Below are positions 10,001 to 20,000 of a DNA stretch of 20,000 nt, piece by piece; within the stretch, counting starts at the first letter, position 1; each line of letters begins with the position of its first letter. Under the pieces are notes generated by a model. The model saw only the letters and a program-made list of their open reading frames with translations. It had not been told where the DNA came from and searched no databases. The position numbers were made by a program, and so were the translations under genes. The DNA comes from Vezdaea acicularis (lineage: Eukaryota): positions 184,114 to 204,113 of the forward strand of contig JAPEUI010000021.1 of the NCBI GenBank assembly GCA_026025075.1, in the 5' to 3' direction.

Positions 10001-10020
10001 CCCCGCCAAGCCCCGCCAAG
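10001..10020. repeat. Perfect 10-bp direct duplication CCCCGCCAAG x2
   Basis: Read directly from the sequence. Each unit contains CCCCGC (the reverse complement fits CreA SYGGRG) overlapping GCCAAG (PacC consensus). Confidence 0.8.
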
Positions 10021-10562
10021 CGCGGCCGAGGCCGCCACACAGCTCGTGAGCGCAAAGCCAGCGCGACCTGTTGGTGCCAGAATGCTGGCAACAATTGCCA
10101 AGACTCTACCCGCAAGCTTCTTTCCCCCCTACCGGCGTGCAAGCTCAGGTCCAAGATCGCGCTATTCTTGATCCGTCACAGCCGTGCTCCCATTCCTGGA
10201 CCCTTCGTACTCGCCAAAACGCCCTCGAAACGGCGCGGGCGAACGCCCTTTTCATTCAAGCCTCTTTTGCTGACTGGGAAATCCGGTGTGGAATCTCTTT
10301 TCAATATTGCATGGAGCAGCTAGACTCTGACCGGACACATCCTGCTTCTTCGGGCTGTCCACCATCGTCAGGGCCGCCGTGGCGTCCGTCCCGTCATCAT
10401 GGACAAGAATAAAGTCCGCACGCTACCCAGGAGCTGGGAAGCTTCTGTCTCTGTGTATCCGAGTTTACCTCATCGTCTTGTGCAGTTACTAACCCTCCGA
10501 CCTACTGATCCGCACGTACTGAGTCTCCTGTTCTTGGAGCAGTGCAGTACACCTGTGCGATC

Positions 10563-13500
10563 ATGTGGGGGAACATATACGCCCTGCTAGGCTTCTTGCC
10601 CTTGCTGGTCTCCTCGTTAGGCGCAACAGATACAATTCGAGATGCTGATCTAGGATGTTCTGGATACCTGCCAAATCATAACATAGATCCGAACATCGTC
10701 AACTCGACGACCTTCGGTATCCTCTGGACCAACGCATACAACTCGCTAGAGAAATGGTACGGTAGACCACTGGTCTACACTTCTGGTGCCATCAATGGCG
10801 GCGCGCAGATTGTCTTCCTAGCCTCGACTATGAACATCATCCGGACTATTGATGCAAAGACGGGGAAGGCTATCCTCAGTCGGAACCTGATCCCCCCTTT
10901 TCTGCAGAGCGATATTGGATGTACTGACATTCCAAATTATATCGGGTACGTTCAGACCGCTTCCAGTTGATGAGTTTACATACGAACCCTCAATAGTATT
11001 GTCGGAACTCCAGTTATAGACCCTGGAACTGATACAGTGTACTTCTTCGCCAAGGGATACAAGGGTGGTGCTTCCAGCGGTGGAGTGGCCAACGGCATCT
11101 ACAAGTGAGTCATCTTGTCACTTCACCTATATTTCATATGGCTCACCATTGATGTACCAAAAGGTTTTATGCCATAAGCTTGGTGGATCTGTCGGACAAG
11201 CCAGGGTTTCCTGTGCTGATTGATGGCCATAATGCGGACAACGACCCGACAAGATACTTTGTTGGCGGAACGGTCTTGCAGAGACCTGCCCTGACCCTCA
11301 TCGGCAGCGTTGTATATGGTGGCTTCGGTGGCCACTGTGACAAGTACAATTATACCGGCCTGATCGTTGGAGTGAGCACCCAGCCTAATGTTGGCGTGGT
11401 CACCATGTACGCCATGGAGACTTCACCATATTCTGCCCCCCCTGTGACCGATATCAACATTGAAACAGGCGGTAAGGCCGGTGTATGGATGGGAGGCTTT
11501 GGCCTCGCGTCAGATGGAGCCCGGCTCTTCTTCTCTACTGGTAACGGGCAAGGCCATCAGAACCAGGGGAACCCCTCTTCGGGCCGTATTCTTCTGTCCA
11601 CTTTGGACGAGTGCGTTGTGAACTTGGCTATTGGACCTGGCGGAAAATTGACCCTAGCAGATTACTTTGAACCATACGAGTACGTTAACATGGATGCTGC
11701 AGATCGAGATCTTGGCTCTGCCGGGGTAGCGCTCCTCGATCCAGGAACCTTTAATGGGGCTGGGGTCTCTAAGATGGCCGTTTCAGTCGGCAAGAACGGA
11801 AAATGTTACATAGTAAACGCCGACAACCTTGGAGGGTTTAAGAATGGTCCAGGTGGCGGCGACGGCATCATTCAGACACTTACTTCCGGAGGAGCAGTCT
11901 TTGCAGGCCCCGGAAGCTACCCAGGAGAAGGCGGATATATCTACTTTACGCCGGTGGGCCTGCCCACTTATGCTTTCAAGTTTGGTCGTGATAATGCTGG
12001 AAATCCGCTTTTCACCCCAGCTGGCAGTACCTATCGATCATACGGTGCAAACCCTGGACCGGCCAACAGCGCCGGTCGTGTCGGCCCTGGCATTCCGACC
12101 ATCACGACTTTCAAGGGACAAGCTGGCACTGCTTTGATGTGGAGAACAGATCCCGATGGAGGCCTTCAGGTCTTCACCGCCGTACCAGACTCGAATGGTC
12201 GTATGCAGCAAATCCCTATTCCTCAAACAAACGGCTTGAACAAATTCCTGCGCCCTGTCTTTGGTCAGTCAACTCACCGATCCCCTCTTTTCTAGTGCTG
12301 ACATTTTCTAGGTGATGGCCGCCTCTACGTGTCTGACAACCAAGGCAACGTCTTTTGTCTTGGTTCGCCCGTCGCAATCCCTCTCGTATGCGATTCTCCA
12401 ATTGATTTCGGCGATGTGACATTCGGCAGCAACAAAACTCTGCAAGTACATTGTCAGGCTCAAATCGCTATCAATTCTCTGGCCGGGCTCAAGACAAGCG
12501 ACCCCACGTTTGTAGCGACAAACGGCTCTCTCCCCACCGGAAAACTTACCGCGGGCCAAAACTTCACATTCCCCGTGACGTGGAACCTGGCTGGAGCCCA
12601 GAACCAAAACCAAGCAAACGCATCTTATGGGACAGTGTCGCCTGGCATCAAGACAGGAGTAGTCACTCTGTACACGAACAATGGAATCGCAGGCTACACC
12701 ACTTCTTATCCGATCAGTTTGACTGGAAATGAAGTCAGTTCGGCTCCTTTCTTGGAGATTTCACCTGGAGAACTAGACTTCGCTGGCCTTGTCCTCGGTA
12801 CTCAGAGCGCTGCCAATGGCGTCCCAGGCTCTTTCATCATCACAAATGCTGGCTCTACCCCAATGACGATCACTGGATATGCCTTCACACATGATTTGGA
12901 CCCGCCAGTCACGTATACAAATACTTCGCAGACCAACGGAGGGGTCAAAATTGGTAGCAATTTCATTTCCAAGGACCTTCCTAATGTTGGGACTGTAGTC
13001 CCCGCTGGAAGCTCTGTCACAGTCTCCGCCATCTTCAACGCGAGTTCGGTTGGTCTGTTCTCAAGTATCTTCCAGGTCTGGTCAAATGGCGGAACCCAGT
13101 ATATCCTACTATCTGGTACCGCAACCACTGCGCCTATTGCCGAACTCACTGTTGAAACCTCCGAGGGAGGCTTTGACCAAGCTACGCTCACAGACCCTAT
13201 CATGGACTTCGGAGTTGTCACTGCTGGCACTGTACCTGAGAGACGCATCCGTATTTGCAATAATGGTGGCTCCGCACTCACCATCACCAAGTCGAAGCCT
13301 CCGATCGACCCAGAGCTAAAGGCTGTGAATCCATCCGGCGATCTCCATGAAGGTCAGGTCATTCCCGTCAATCAATGTGCCTACGGCACTATTGAAATTG
13401 CGTCAACTCCGGAATCGGCCAATGTGCCTGATCACACTGATGCGGATGTTTGGGTTCTCAATACTGATGACAGCAACTTCGGCATCCACACTGTTCACAT

Positions 13501-15214
13501 TACTGCTCTCGTTCGTTCGCTACAAGTTGGACCCAAGTATAACAATGGGACGGCCGTATACGAAAACCTCGGTTGTTATAACGATGGCAAGGGACGGAAT
13601 CTTGCGAAGGAGTTTAGCTTCGTCAACAATACCAATGGCTACTGCATTAATCTCTGCTCTTCGATGGGCTATATCTTCGCCGGTACTGAGTATCATACGG
13701 AATGTTGGTGCGGAAACTCGCCGCCCGCAGTTGCCAAGTGGGCGGATCCAGCTCTCAAGCAGTGCTCTTTCACCTGCCCAGGTGATCCAAGCCAGATCTG
13801 TGGCGGTAACCCTAGCTTGATCAATGTCTTTTATAACGCAAGTGCCTACACTCCTGGATGCGACTCGCTACCGTGTACATCGAGTAGTTCGAGTAGCTCT
13901 TCAACGAGCTCGACAACCTCATCATCATCCTCTTCCTCTTCAACGTCCTCGTCGAGTAGCTCTTCGTCCTCATCCTCATCCTCATCTTCATCGTCAAGCT
14001 CATCTATTAGCTCGAATAGCTCGTCAACCTCATCAACTTCGTCAACCTCAACATCAGCAACCCCAACCTTCACAGGCACGGTCATCAACCCAGGTAACGC
14101 GAAGTGGACCGGCCTTGGTTGCTACCACGACCCCAATGCCCCACCCATCACAAAGTCCATCTATCCGAACAAGAAGACGGCCAACGACAACATGACCGTG
14201 GCACTATGCTGGAACATCTGCGAGGGCTTGAAAACCCAATATGCTGGTGTTGAATATGGCCGGGAATGTTACTGCGGCAACGCGATTGATGCTGGGGCTA
14301 CTACTCCTTACAACAAGTGTACGACCAAGTGCGCGATGAACTCGACCGAGTACTGTGGTGGAGCAAATGCGATGATTGTTTATAACTTTACTAATGCTGC
14401 GGTCTCTTCTTCCTTGTCGTCTAGCAGCTCTTCAAATAGCTCGACTTTAAACTCTACAAGTTCAACCTCTAGCTCATCGAGCTCCTCTACAAGCTCCTCC
14501 AGCAGCTCAACAAGCAGTTCGACCTCATCCAGCTCGTCTAGCAGCTCTACCTCATCAAGCACATCCTCTACGTCGACCTCGACCTCATCATCTAGCTCTT
14601 CCACCTCTACGTCTACCACCTCAACTTCATCTACCTCTTCAACCTCCTCCTCAACTTCATCAAGCTCCTCGTCCTCAACCTCTTCTTCAACGTCCTCCTC
14701 CACATCCACCTCTTCTTCAGACTCCTCCTCCTCCACAAGCACAAGCTCAACCCCCTCATCTGTCTCCGCTACCACCACCTCGTCCTCCTCGAGCAGCACC
14801 TCTTCCACGTCTTCCACAACCAGCGCCACCTCCACAAACAGCATAACATCAGGCTACGCCTCTCTTGGCTGCTACGCCGAGCCGACCGCCGGCCGCGCCT
14901 TCCAAACGCGCCTCGCCGCAGCCGACACCATGAACGTTGAAGCCTGTATCTCCCTCTGCAGCGCCGCCCTCCCCGCAACAACCTATGGCTGGTTCGGTGT
15001 CGAGTACGGCCGCGAGTGCTGGGCTGCAACCTCGATGCCGCCGACGCCCACACAGTACGTCGGGAACAAGGCCTGCGCGGATGCTTGTGCGGACGATCCC
15101 ACCGAGAGCTGCGGCGGGAGCAAGATGTTTAACCTTTATATTACCACGGATTATACGCGGCTCAGTACCACTGCGGCTGTGACTACGGTCACAAAGGGGA
15201 CTGTTACCGCGTAG
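10563..15214 (+). CDS. Secreted multidomain WSC protein: signal peptide, PQQ-like beta-propeller region, three ASH/Ig-like repeats, three WSC domains with Ser/Thr linkers; predicted exons 10563-10945, 10997-11104, 11164-12263 and 12312-15214, ~1497 aa
   Basis: Hydrophobic N-terminus MWGNIYALLGFLPLLVSSLGA. Introns 10946-10996 (GTACGT..TAG), 11105-11163 (GTGAGT..AAG) and 12264-12311 (GTCAGT..GCTGAC..TAG) fuse the ORF-track pieces into one frame (NYIG|IVGTPVIDP...GIYK|FYAI...RPVFG|DGRLYV). There are three LGCY..CxxxC..GxEY..EC..CxxxC..CGG WSC units at ~13560-13830, ~14105-14385 and ~14855-15140, and DFG/DFA-led Ig-like repeats at ~12400, ~12750 and ~13200 (the last two also show ITNAG/ICNNG..IT). 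Confidence 0.9.
13877..14070 (+). repeat. Ser/Thr low-complexity coding linker 1
   Basis: Run of TCN/AGY/ACN codons between WSC1 and WSC2. Confidence 0.9.
14402..14851 (+). repeat. Ser/Thr low-complexity coding linker 2 (~150 aa, probable O-mannosylated stalk)
   Basis: Run of TCN/AGY/ACN codons between WSC2 and WSC3. O-glycosylation is inferred from what is known of the family. Confidence 0.9.
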
Positions 15215-16012
15215 ATTGAATTATTGCGCGCGGAATGCGACGTAATTGTCAGATGAGGGGTGTGCGGAGGGGAGAAAGTGGTTTGGAGCAGAGAACGAAA
15301 AAGGCAGAGACGGATTTTTTCTTACGCTCATTCACGACATGAAGGATACATTGATATCACCACATATTGGATTCTTGAACCGGTGATAGATAGGCGGAAC
15401 TTATCATTGCATTGTTTGGATAGATTGGCAATTTTAGACACGGAGACACGAGTACATACATGAGCAGGAACCATGGAGATGGAACAGGGTAATCTTAGAT
15501 TTATTGTTTAATAATTGCATGGATATGCCATACTACATCAAGTTACGAGGAACGAGCCTTAGGGTGAATGTTTTCCTGTATGTACCCCACGGCATGGCGA
15601 CGAACAATGAAACGCAACCGCCTCCCCCCCCCAACCCACCCAAGCTTCCATCTCCGAGCGTAGTGGGAGGTCCCTTGGGAATTCATAGCTGGGATTGCCT
15701 TGGTGTCCGAAAGCTGTGATTCTTGACACTCATTCATAACTTGGCAGCTGCTAACGGCATATATCTCAAGTCATTGGGAAGGGCATATCCAGTTGCTCCG
15801 GCTATGCTCTCTTTTCATGCTAGTACTCTATTCGCCGCCTCCATCTTCTGAAGGATGGTAAGCCAGCTACCATCATCATCTGAGATTTTCGAACGCTGCC
15901 ACGTCCGAGCCAGTCACCTTACAGCGATCAGATCTAGATGTCGCACAAGGAGGCATCTCCGGGTTCGTCTGGAGGGGCCCCATGATCAAAAACTCCCCGA
16001 GATCTGATCCCT

Positions 16013-16210
16013 GTGATCACCCAGTGCAAGCATACAGCAAAGGCATTATGCGGTGGAACAAGTGGAGTGATCCGGGTTGGCTATGCCCTTTCGTTCGTGC
16101 GACCGAACCCTTTTTTTGGGCTTGACGTCAGGTTGATATCGGGTGGGATGGGTGTAACACGAGACGGCGCCCGGATCGACTTCGTGGTCCGACGTGAGAA
16201 GCCACGTGAT
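16013..16210. promoter_or_regulatory. Candidate HMG1 upstream elements: SRE-like, CRE and E-box motifs
   Basis: GTGGAGTGAT 16062-16071 (reverse complement ATCACTCCAC, fits ATCACNCCAC), TGACGTCA palindrome 16123-16130, GCCACGTGAT 16201-16210 (CACGTG E-box), and a weaker GTGATCACCCAG at 16013. Confidence 0.4.
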
Positions 16211-16836
16211 GGATTAGGACCCTGCAGATGCGGTCTGGGTTCGTTGGGTACTCGGGACGAGTTTCTTGGATATGGAAAATAGGAATACTACAATATCAAG
16301 GGTTTGAATGAAGTTGCGGTCGGAACGAGAACAATAGAAGCCCCTCCCACGGTTCTTTGATAACTTTCCTCCTGTCCGCGCGTGGCGGGCTCGGTCGTGG
16401 TTCCTGAACCGAACCAATCTGTCTCTCGTCCGCTGCCATTGGCGAATGCGCCACCGAGCGACCCTGGGCTGACTTTTTCTGCGGAGTGCGAACCAGAATC
16501 CGTGCCCGGCAAGCGAATTGGGAGCTGCATTCAAACACCGCCCATAGAGTTCGGGCGAGGGAGACATAGTCGTTCGGAGCGTCCGACAATCTCACCACTA
16601 TTTCTATGGCTGAGAACCTGGACTCCGCACTTGCTGGCAGTGTGATCTCTTTTTTGGATACTTAACCTACTCCCTCCGGAAAGTGCTACTTGGACCCGAA
16701 TTCTTGTCCCTACCTTCCTGCTCACTTTATACTGCTGTTGGTTGGTGCCGATCCGAATCTCCCCAACTTTATTATCGCCTGCGGCTTCGTACGCCCTTCC
16801 TTTGCAGCAATTGCTTCGAGGTGACACAGACTCAAG

Positions 16837-16961
16837 GTGAGCGACTCGAATTTTACACTGCTTGAACATCGTGGAGCAGAAAAAGACTGAGAACCTTTGC
16901 CTTACGCCTCTTCTTTGAGGTGTCGAGATGTGTATGGAGGCTAACAAATGTCAACGGATAG
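16837..16961 (+). other. Putative 5' UTR intron of HMG1 (125 nt)
   Basis: AAG|GTGAGC donor at 16837, GCTAAC branch 16940-16945 and TAG acceptor 16959-16961, with the same spacing as the coding introns in this window. Confidence 0.65.
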
Positions 16962-16977
16962 GGCTCCAACTCTTTCC

Positions 16978-17028
16978 ATGTGGATGGCTTCAACACCTCT
17001 TACACTGCGCGCCATGTACTCTCCCTAA
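16978..17028 (+). promoter_or_regulatory. Putative uORF in the HMG1 leader (MWMASTPLTLRAMYSP*)
   Basis: Three in-frame ATGs (16978, 16984, 17014) share the stop TAA 17026-17028. There is no other ATG between this and the main start at 17183. Confidence 0.45.
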
Positions 17029-17182
17029 GCTCAACCTGGAACCCTAGTATACTCTGCAAAGTCTTGTGCGAAGTCTATCTCAAATCTTAGCATCACACAA
17101 TCACGAGTGGGGTCGTCATCGCCCGAATCCCCCCTACATTTTACCTCGGCATTGAGAGTCCATACCTTGAAGATAGCCCAGG

Positions 17183-20000
17183 ATGCTTGCTTCGCTTTTA
17201 CCAGCTAGATTTGGGGGCTCCACCTCGACGGAAAGTTCAAAACCAGGATGGCTCAGTCGCCAGGTGACCCCGTTCCTCCAATCACTCTCATCGCGAGCAT
17301 GCACTCATCCGATCCATACGATTGTATTTGTGGCGCTGCTGGCTAGTACTACATATGTCGGCCTTCTGGAAGGGAGCCTCTTTGAGAAATCAGACGACCA
17401 AGCTTTTGCGGGGAGGAGGACGGAATGGGGCGCGATGATTGAAGGTAGCAAGACGTTACTGCTAGGAGAGGAGACTGGGTGGAAGTGGCAAACGGATGAC
17501 TCTCGTTTATATGAGAAAGATGTAGATGTAAGGTATTACACAGCCACAAGAGTTATCAGCTGCTAACATGGAGGTCTCTGTAACAGGCTTCAAGACATCT
17601 TGCCCTACTCACCTTCGTTTTTCGCAACTCCTATAATAGTGGCTTGCAGCACACCTTCCCAGCCGCCGAAGTAACTGCAAATACCTCAGCCGAGTTATTA
17701 CCATCGACACTGAACCCTCTATCGTCAATCTCACAGGATACTGCCTTGGCTTTCTCAATTCCATACGTCGATGCACCTGAATTCCTCTCTTCCGTCCAAG
17801 AACTTCCGACTAGCGCTTCTCAGACAAGTAGCCCAGCTGCCGGGGATGAGGATGAGCTTCAGGGCCTCGGCGAAGAGAAGAGGTGGATTATGAAGGCTGC
17901 CCGTGGGGACGTAGCTGGCTCTACGCGAAGTTTCCAGAGGTGGGCGACTAACTCGTGGACTACTTTCGTCGACTTACTCAAGGTATGAACATGCCAACCC
18001 CATAGGAAGTTCTTGTCATGCTGATTCGTCATAGAATGCAGAAACCCTGGACATAATCATAATGGTGCTAGGCTATACATCCATGCATCTAACCTTTGTC
18101 TCTCTCTTCCTCTCCATGCAAAGGATGGGATCCAACTTTTGGCTCGCAACCACCGTCTTGTTCTCTTCAGTATTTGCCTTCCTCTTTGGCCTTATCGTCA
18201 CAACAAAGCTAGGAGTTCCCGTAAACATGATACTTCTCTCGGAAGGTCTACCATTCCTGGTCGTTACGATTGGGTTCGAAAAACCTATACTCCTTACGAA
18301 GGCTGTGCTCGATGCTGCGCTTAGTTCTCGACGCCAGGTGCGGAGCCCATCGCTCAACGGTGACAGCGGTCGGAGAAGCGATAGCTCTCCTTTCACTATC
18401 CAGTATGCTGTGCAAGTTGCCGTCAAGGAAAAAGGCTTCGAGATCGTAAGGGACTATTGCATCGAAATCATCATCCTCATTGCAGGAGCTTCATCTGGTG
18501 TTCAAGGTGGCCTACGACAGTTCTGCTTCTTGGCTGCCTGGATCCTTTTCTTCGACTGCATCTTGCTATTCACTTTCTACACAGCAATTCTGAGTGTCAA
18601 GCTTGAAATCAATAGAATCAAGCGGCATGTCGCTCTTCGAAAGGCTCTAGAAGAAGATGGAGTGAGTAGGCGCGTCGCAGAGAACGTTGCTTCAAGCAAC
18701 GAATGGCCGAAACTACCTTCGAGTTCCAGAGGCTCAGCATTGAAGACCGAGTCTGCAGCGCTCTTCGGGAAGAAAGTCAAAGATAGCAGTGTTCCAAAAT
18801 TCAAGGTGCTAATGGTCGGAGGCTTTGTCATTATCAATATCCTGAACCTCTGTACGATACCCTTCCGTGGCGGTAACAAAAACGTAGATCCACCTTCTGT
18901 GTCTGGTCTGTCAAGTGTAACTGCGCCTCCCCCAATGGATCCTTTCAAGGTAGCTGGAAATGGCCTAGATATCATCTTTGCAAGCGCTAAAACCGAAGGC
19001 GTCACTACGGTCGTGACAGTTCTGGCTCCCATCAAGTACGAGCTTGAGTATCCTTCGGTCCACTACGCTTCCTATAGGTCAAAACAGCGAAATGATCAAT
19101 CTTCGCTTGATGTCGATTACACCGAACAGCTTTTCGACTCCGTTGGCGGTAAAGTTGTGGAGAGCTTGCTTAAGAGCCTTGAAGATCCCGTGTTAAGCAA
19201 ATGGATTATTGTAGCTCTTGCAATGAGCGTCATGCTGAATGGATATCTTTTCAACGCCGCAAGATGGAGTATCAAGGAGCCGCACTCTACCGATCCATAC
19301 ACTTTGGAAGAGCCTGTCAGCAATAGAGAGCAACCATCTCTTGAAAAGCCGGAACCGAAGCAACCAGAAAAGCCGAAACCTGTAGAGGGCGATAATGATG
19401 ATGGATTAGCGATGAAGCCTTTGGAAAAGGTTGAATCTGCGAACGGAGCTATAAAAGAGGCCGTAGCGAATAATATAATGGCAAAGACTCGATCACGCGC
19501 AGAGTGCGAGCAGTTGCACAAAGATAAGAGGACGGCTGAATTGAACGATAAAGAGCTTGTGGACCTTTCACTGCGTGGAAAAATCCCCGGATATGCGTTG
19601 GAACGGACACTTGGTGATACTACCAGAGCTGTAAAAATCCGACGAGCAGTGATATCGAAGACTCCAGCCACATCAGCTACGGCAAATCTACTTGAGCAGT
19701 CATTACTGCCATACCATCATTATGATTTTTCCAGAGTGCTCGGCGCGTGTTGCGAGAATGTCATTGGGTACATGCCTTTGCCAGTTGGTGTTGCTGGGCC
19801 CCTCGTCATTGACGGGCAAGACTATTTCATACCCATGGCAACAACGGAAGGTGTTCTTGTTGCCAGCACAAGCCGAGGTTGCAAAGCCATCAACGCCGGT
19901 GGCGGAGCTATAACAGTACTGACAGGTGATGGAATGACCAGAGGCCCTTGTGTCAGCTTCGATACGTTGGTACGAGCCGGAGCGGCAAAGCAATGGCTTG
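17183..20000 (+). CDS. HMG1: 3-hydroxy-3-methylglutaryl-CoA reductase (class I, HPIH + sterol-sensing + catalytic domain); exons 17183-17527, 17587-17982 and 18035->20000; runs off the window
   Basis: The N-terminus has [20 protein letters not shown]. Hand translation of exon 3 (missing from the ORF track because it has no stop in the window) gives [87 protein letters not shown] and DGMTRGP. Introns are 17528-17586 (GTAAGG..GCTAAC..CAG) and 17983-18034 (GTATGA..GCTGAT..TAG). Confidence 0.97.

Larger units (their letters stand above)
9115..10102 (+). promoter_or_regulatory. Cluster of PacC/Rim101-type GCCARG motifs upstream of the WSC gene
   Basis: GCCARG on + at 9115, 9195, 9439, 9558, 9573, 9589, 9697, 10005, 10015 and 10097, plus one on the minus strand (CTTGGC 9435). 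Confidence 0.5.

Noticed and set aside
10276..10288. GGGAAATCCGGTG resembles the CR-I element of fungal RNase P RNA
   Set aside because: No matching CR-V/P4 3' strand was found at a suitable distance, and it sits in the probable WSC-gene promoter or leader.
10399..10562. Alternative WSC-gene start MDKNK via an intron 10414-10547 (TACTAAC at 10487), which would be in frame
   Set aside because: The GTCCGC donor is weak, the branch-to-acceptor distance is long, and ATG 10563 already begins a good signal peptide. It cannot be excluded without RNA-seq.
13846..14844. Acidic Glu/Asp/Val-rich minus-strand ORFs (13846-14088, 14380-14844)
   Set aside because: They are antisense shadows of the Ser/Thr codon tracts in the WSC gene.
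18035..18600. Possible azole- or statin-resistance-type variant, or a biosynthetic-cluster self-resistance copy, of HMG-CoA reductase
   Set aside because: The sterol-sensing motifs ([17 protein letters not shown]) look like the ordinary conserved form, the full membrane domain is present, and there is no PKS, NRPS or terpene synthase in the window.
18073..19993. Minus-strand ORFs overlapping HMG1 exon 3
   Set aside because: They are antisense shadows of the HMG1 coding frame.

Overview
Gene-sparse window from a filamentous ascomycete (Pezizomycotina-type short GT-AG introns with CTRAY branch sites). It holds five intron-containing genes, all on the + strand: exosome subunit RRP41/SKI6 (110-919); an FCY2/FcyB-family purine-cytosine (NCS1) permease (3211-5002); nicotinamidase PNC1 (5333-6161); a ~1497-aa secreted protein with a PQQ-like beta-propeller region, three ASH/Ig-like repeats and three WSC domains (10563-15214); and HMG-CoA reductase (17183 to beyond the window end). 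I found no transposon, tRNA, rRNA or CRISPR. The best leads are the uncharacterised propeller-WSC protein and its upstream region, which has ten same-strand PacC-type GCCARG sites in ~1 kb and a 3x ~23-bp tandem repeat. Other leads are an abrupt C-rich to G-rich strand-skew flip inside PNC1, the tight permease-nicotinamidase pairing, a stop-free in-frame intron in RRP41, and a layered HMG1 leader (SRE/E-box/CRE motifs, 5' UTR intron, uORF). All calls come from reading the sequence by eye; no searches were run.
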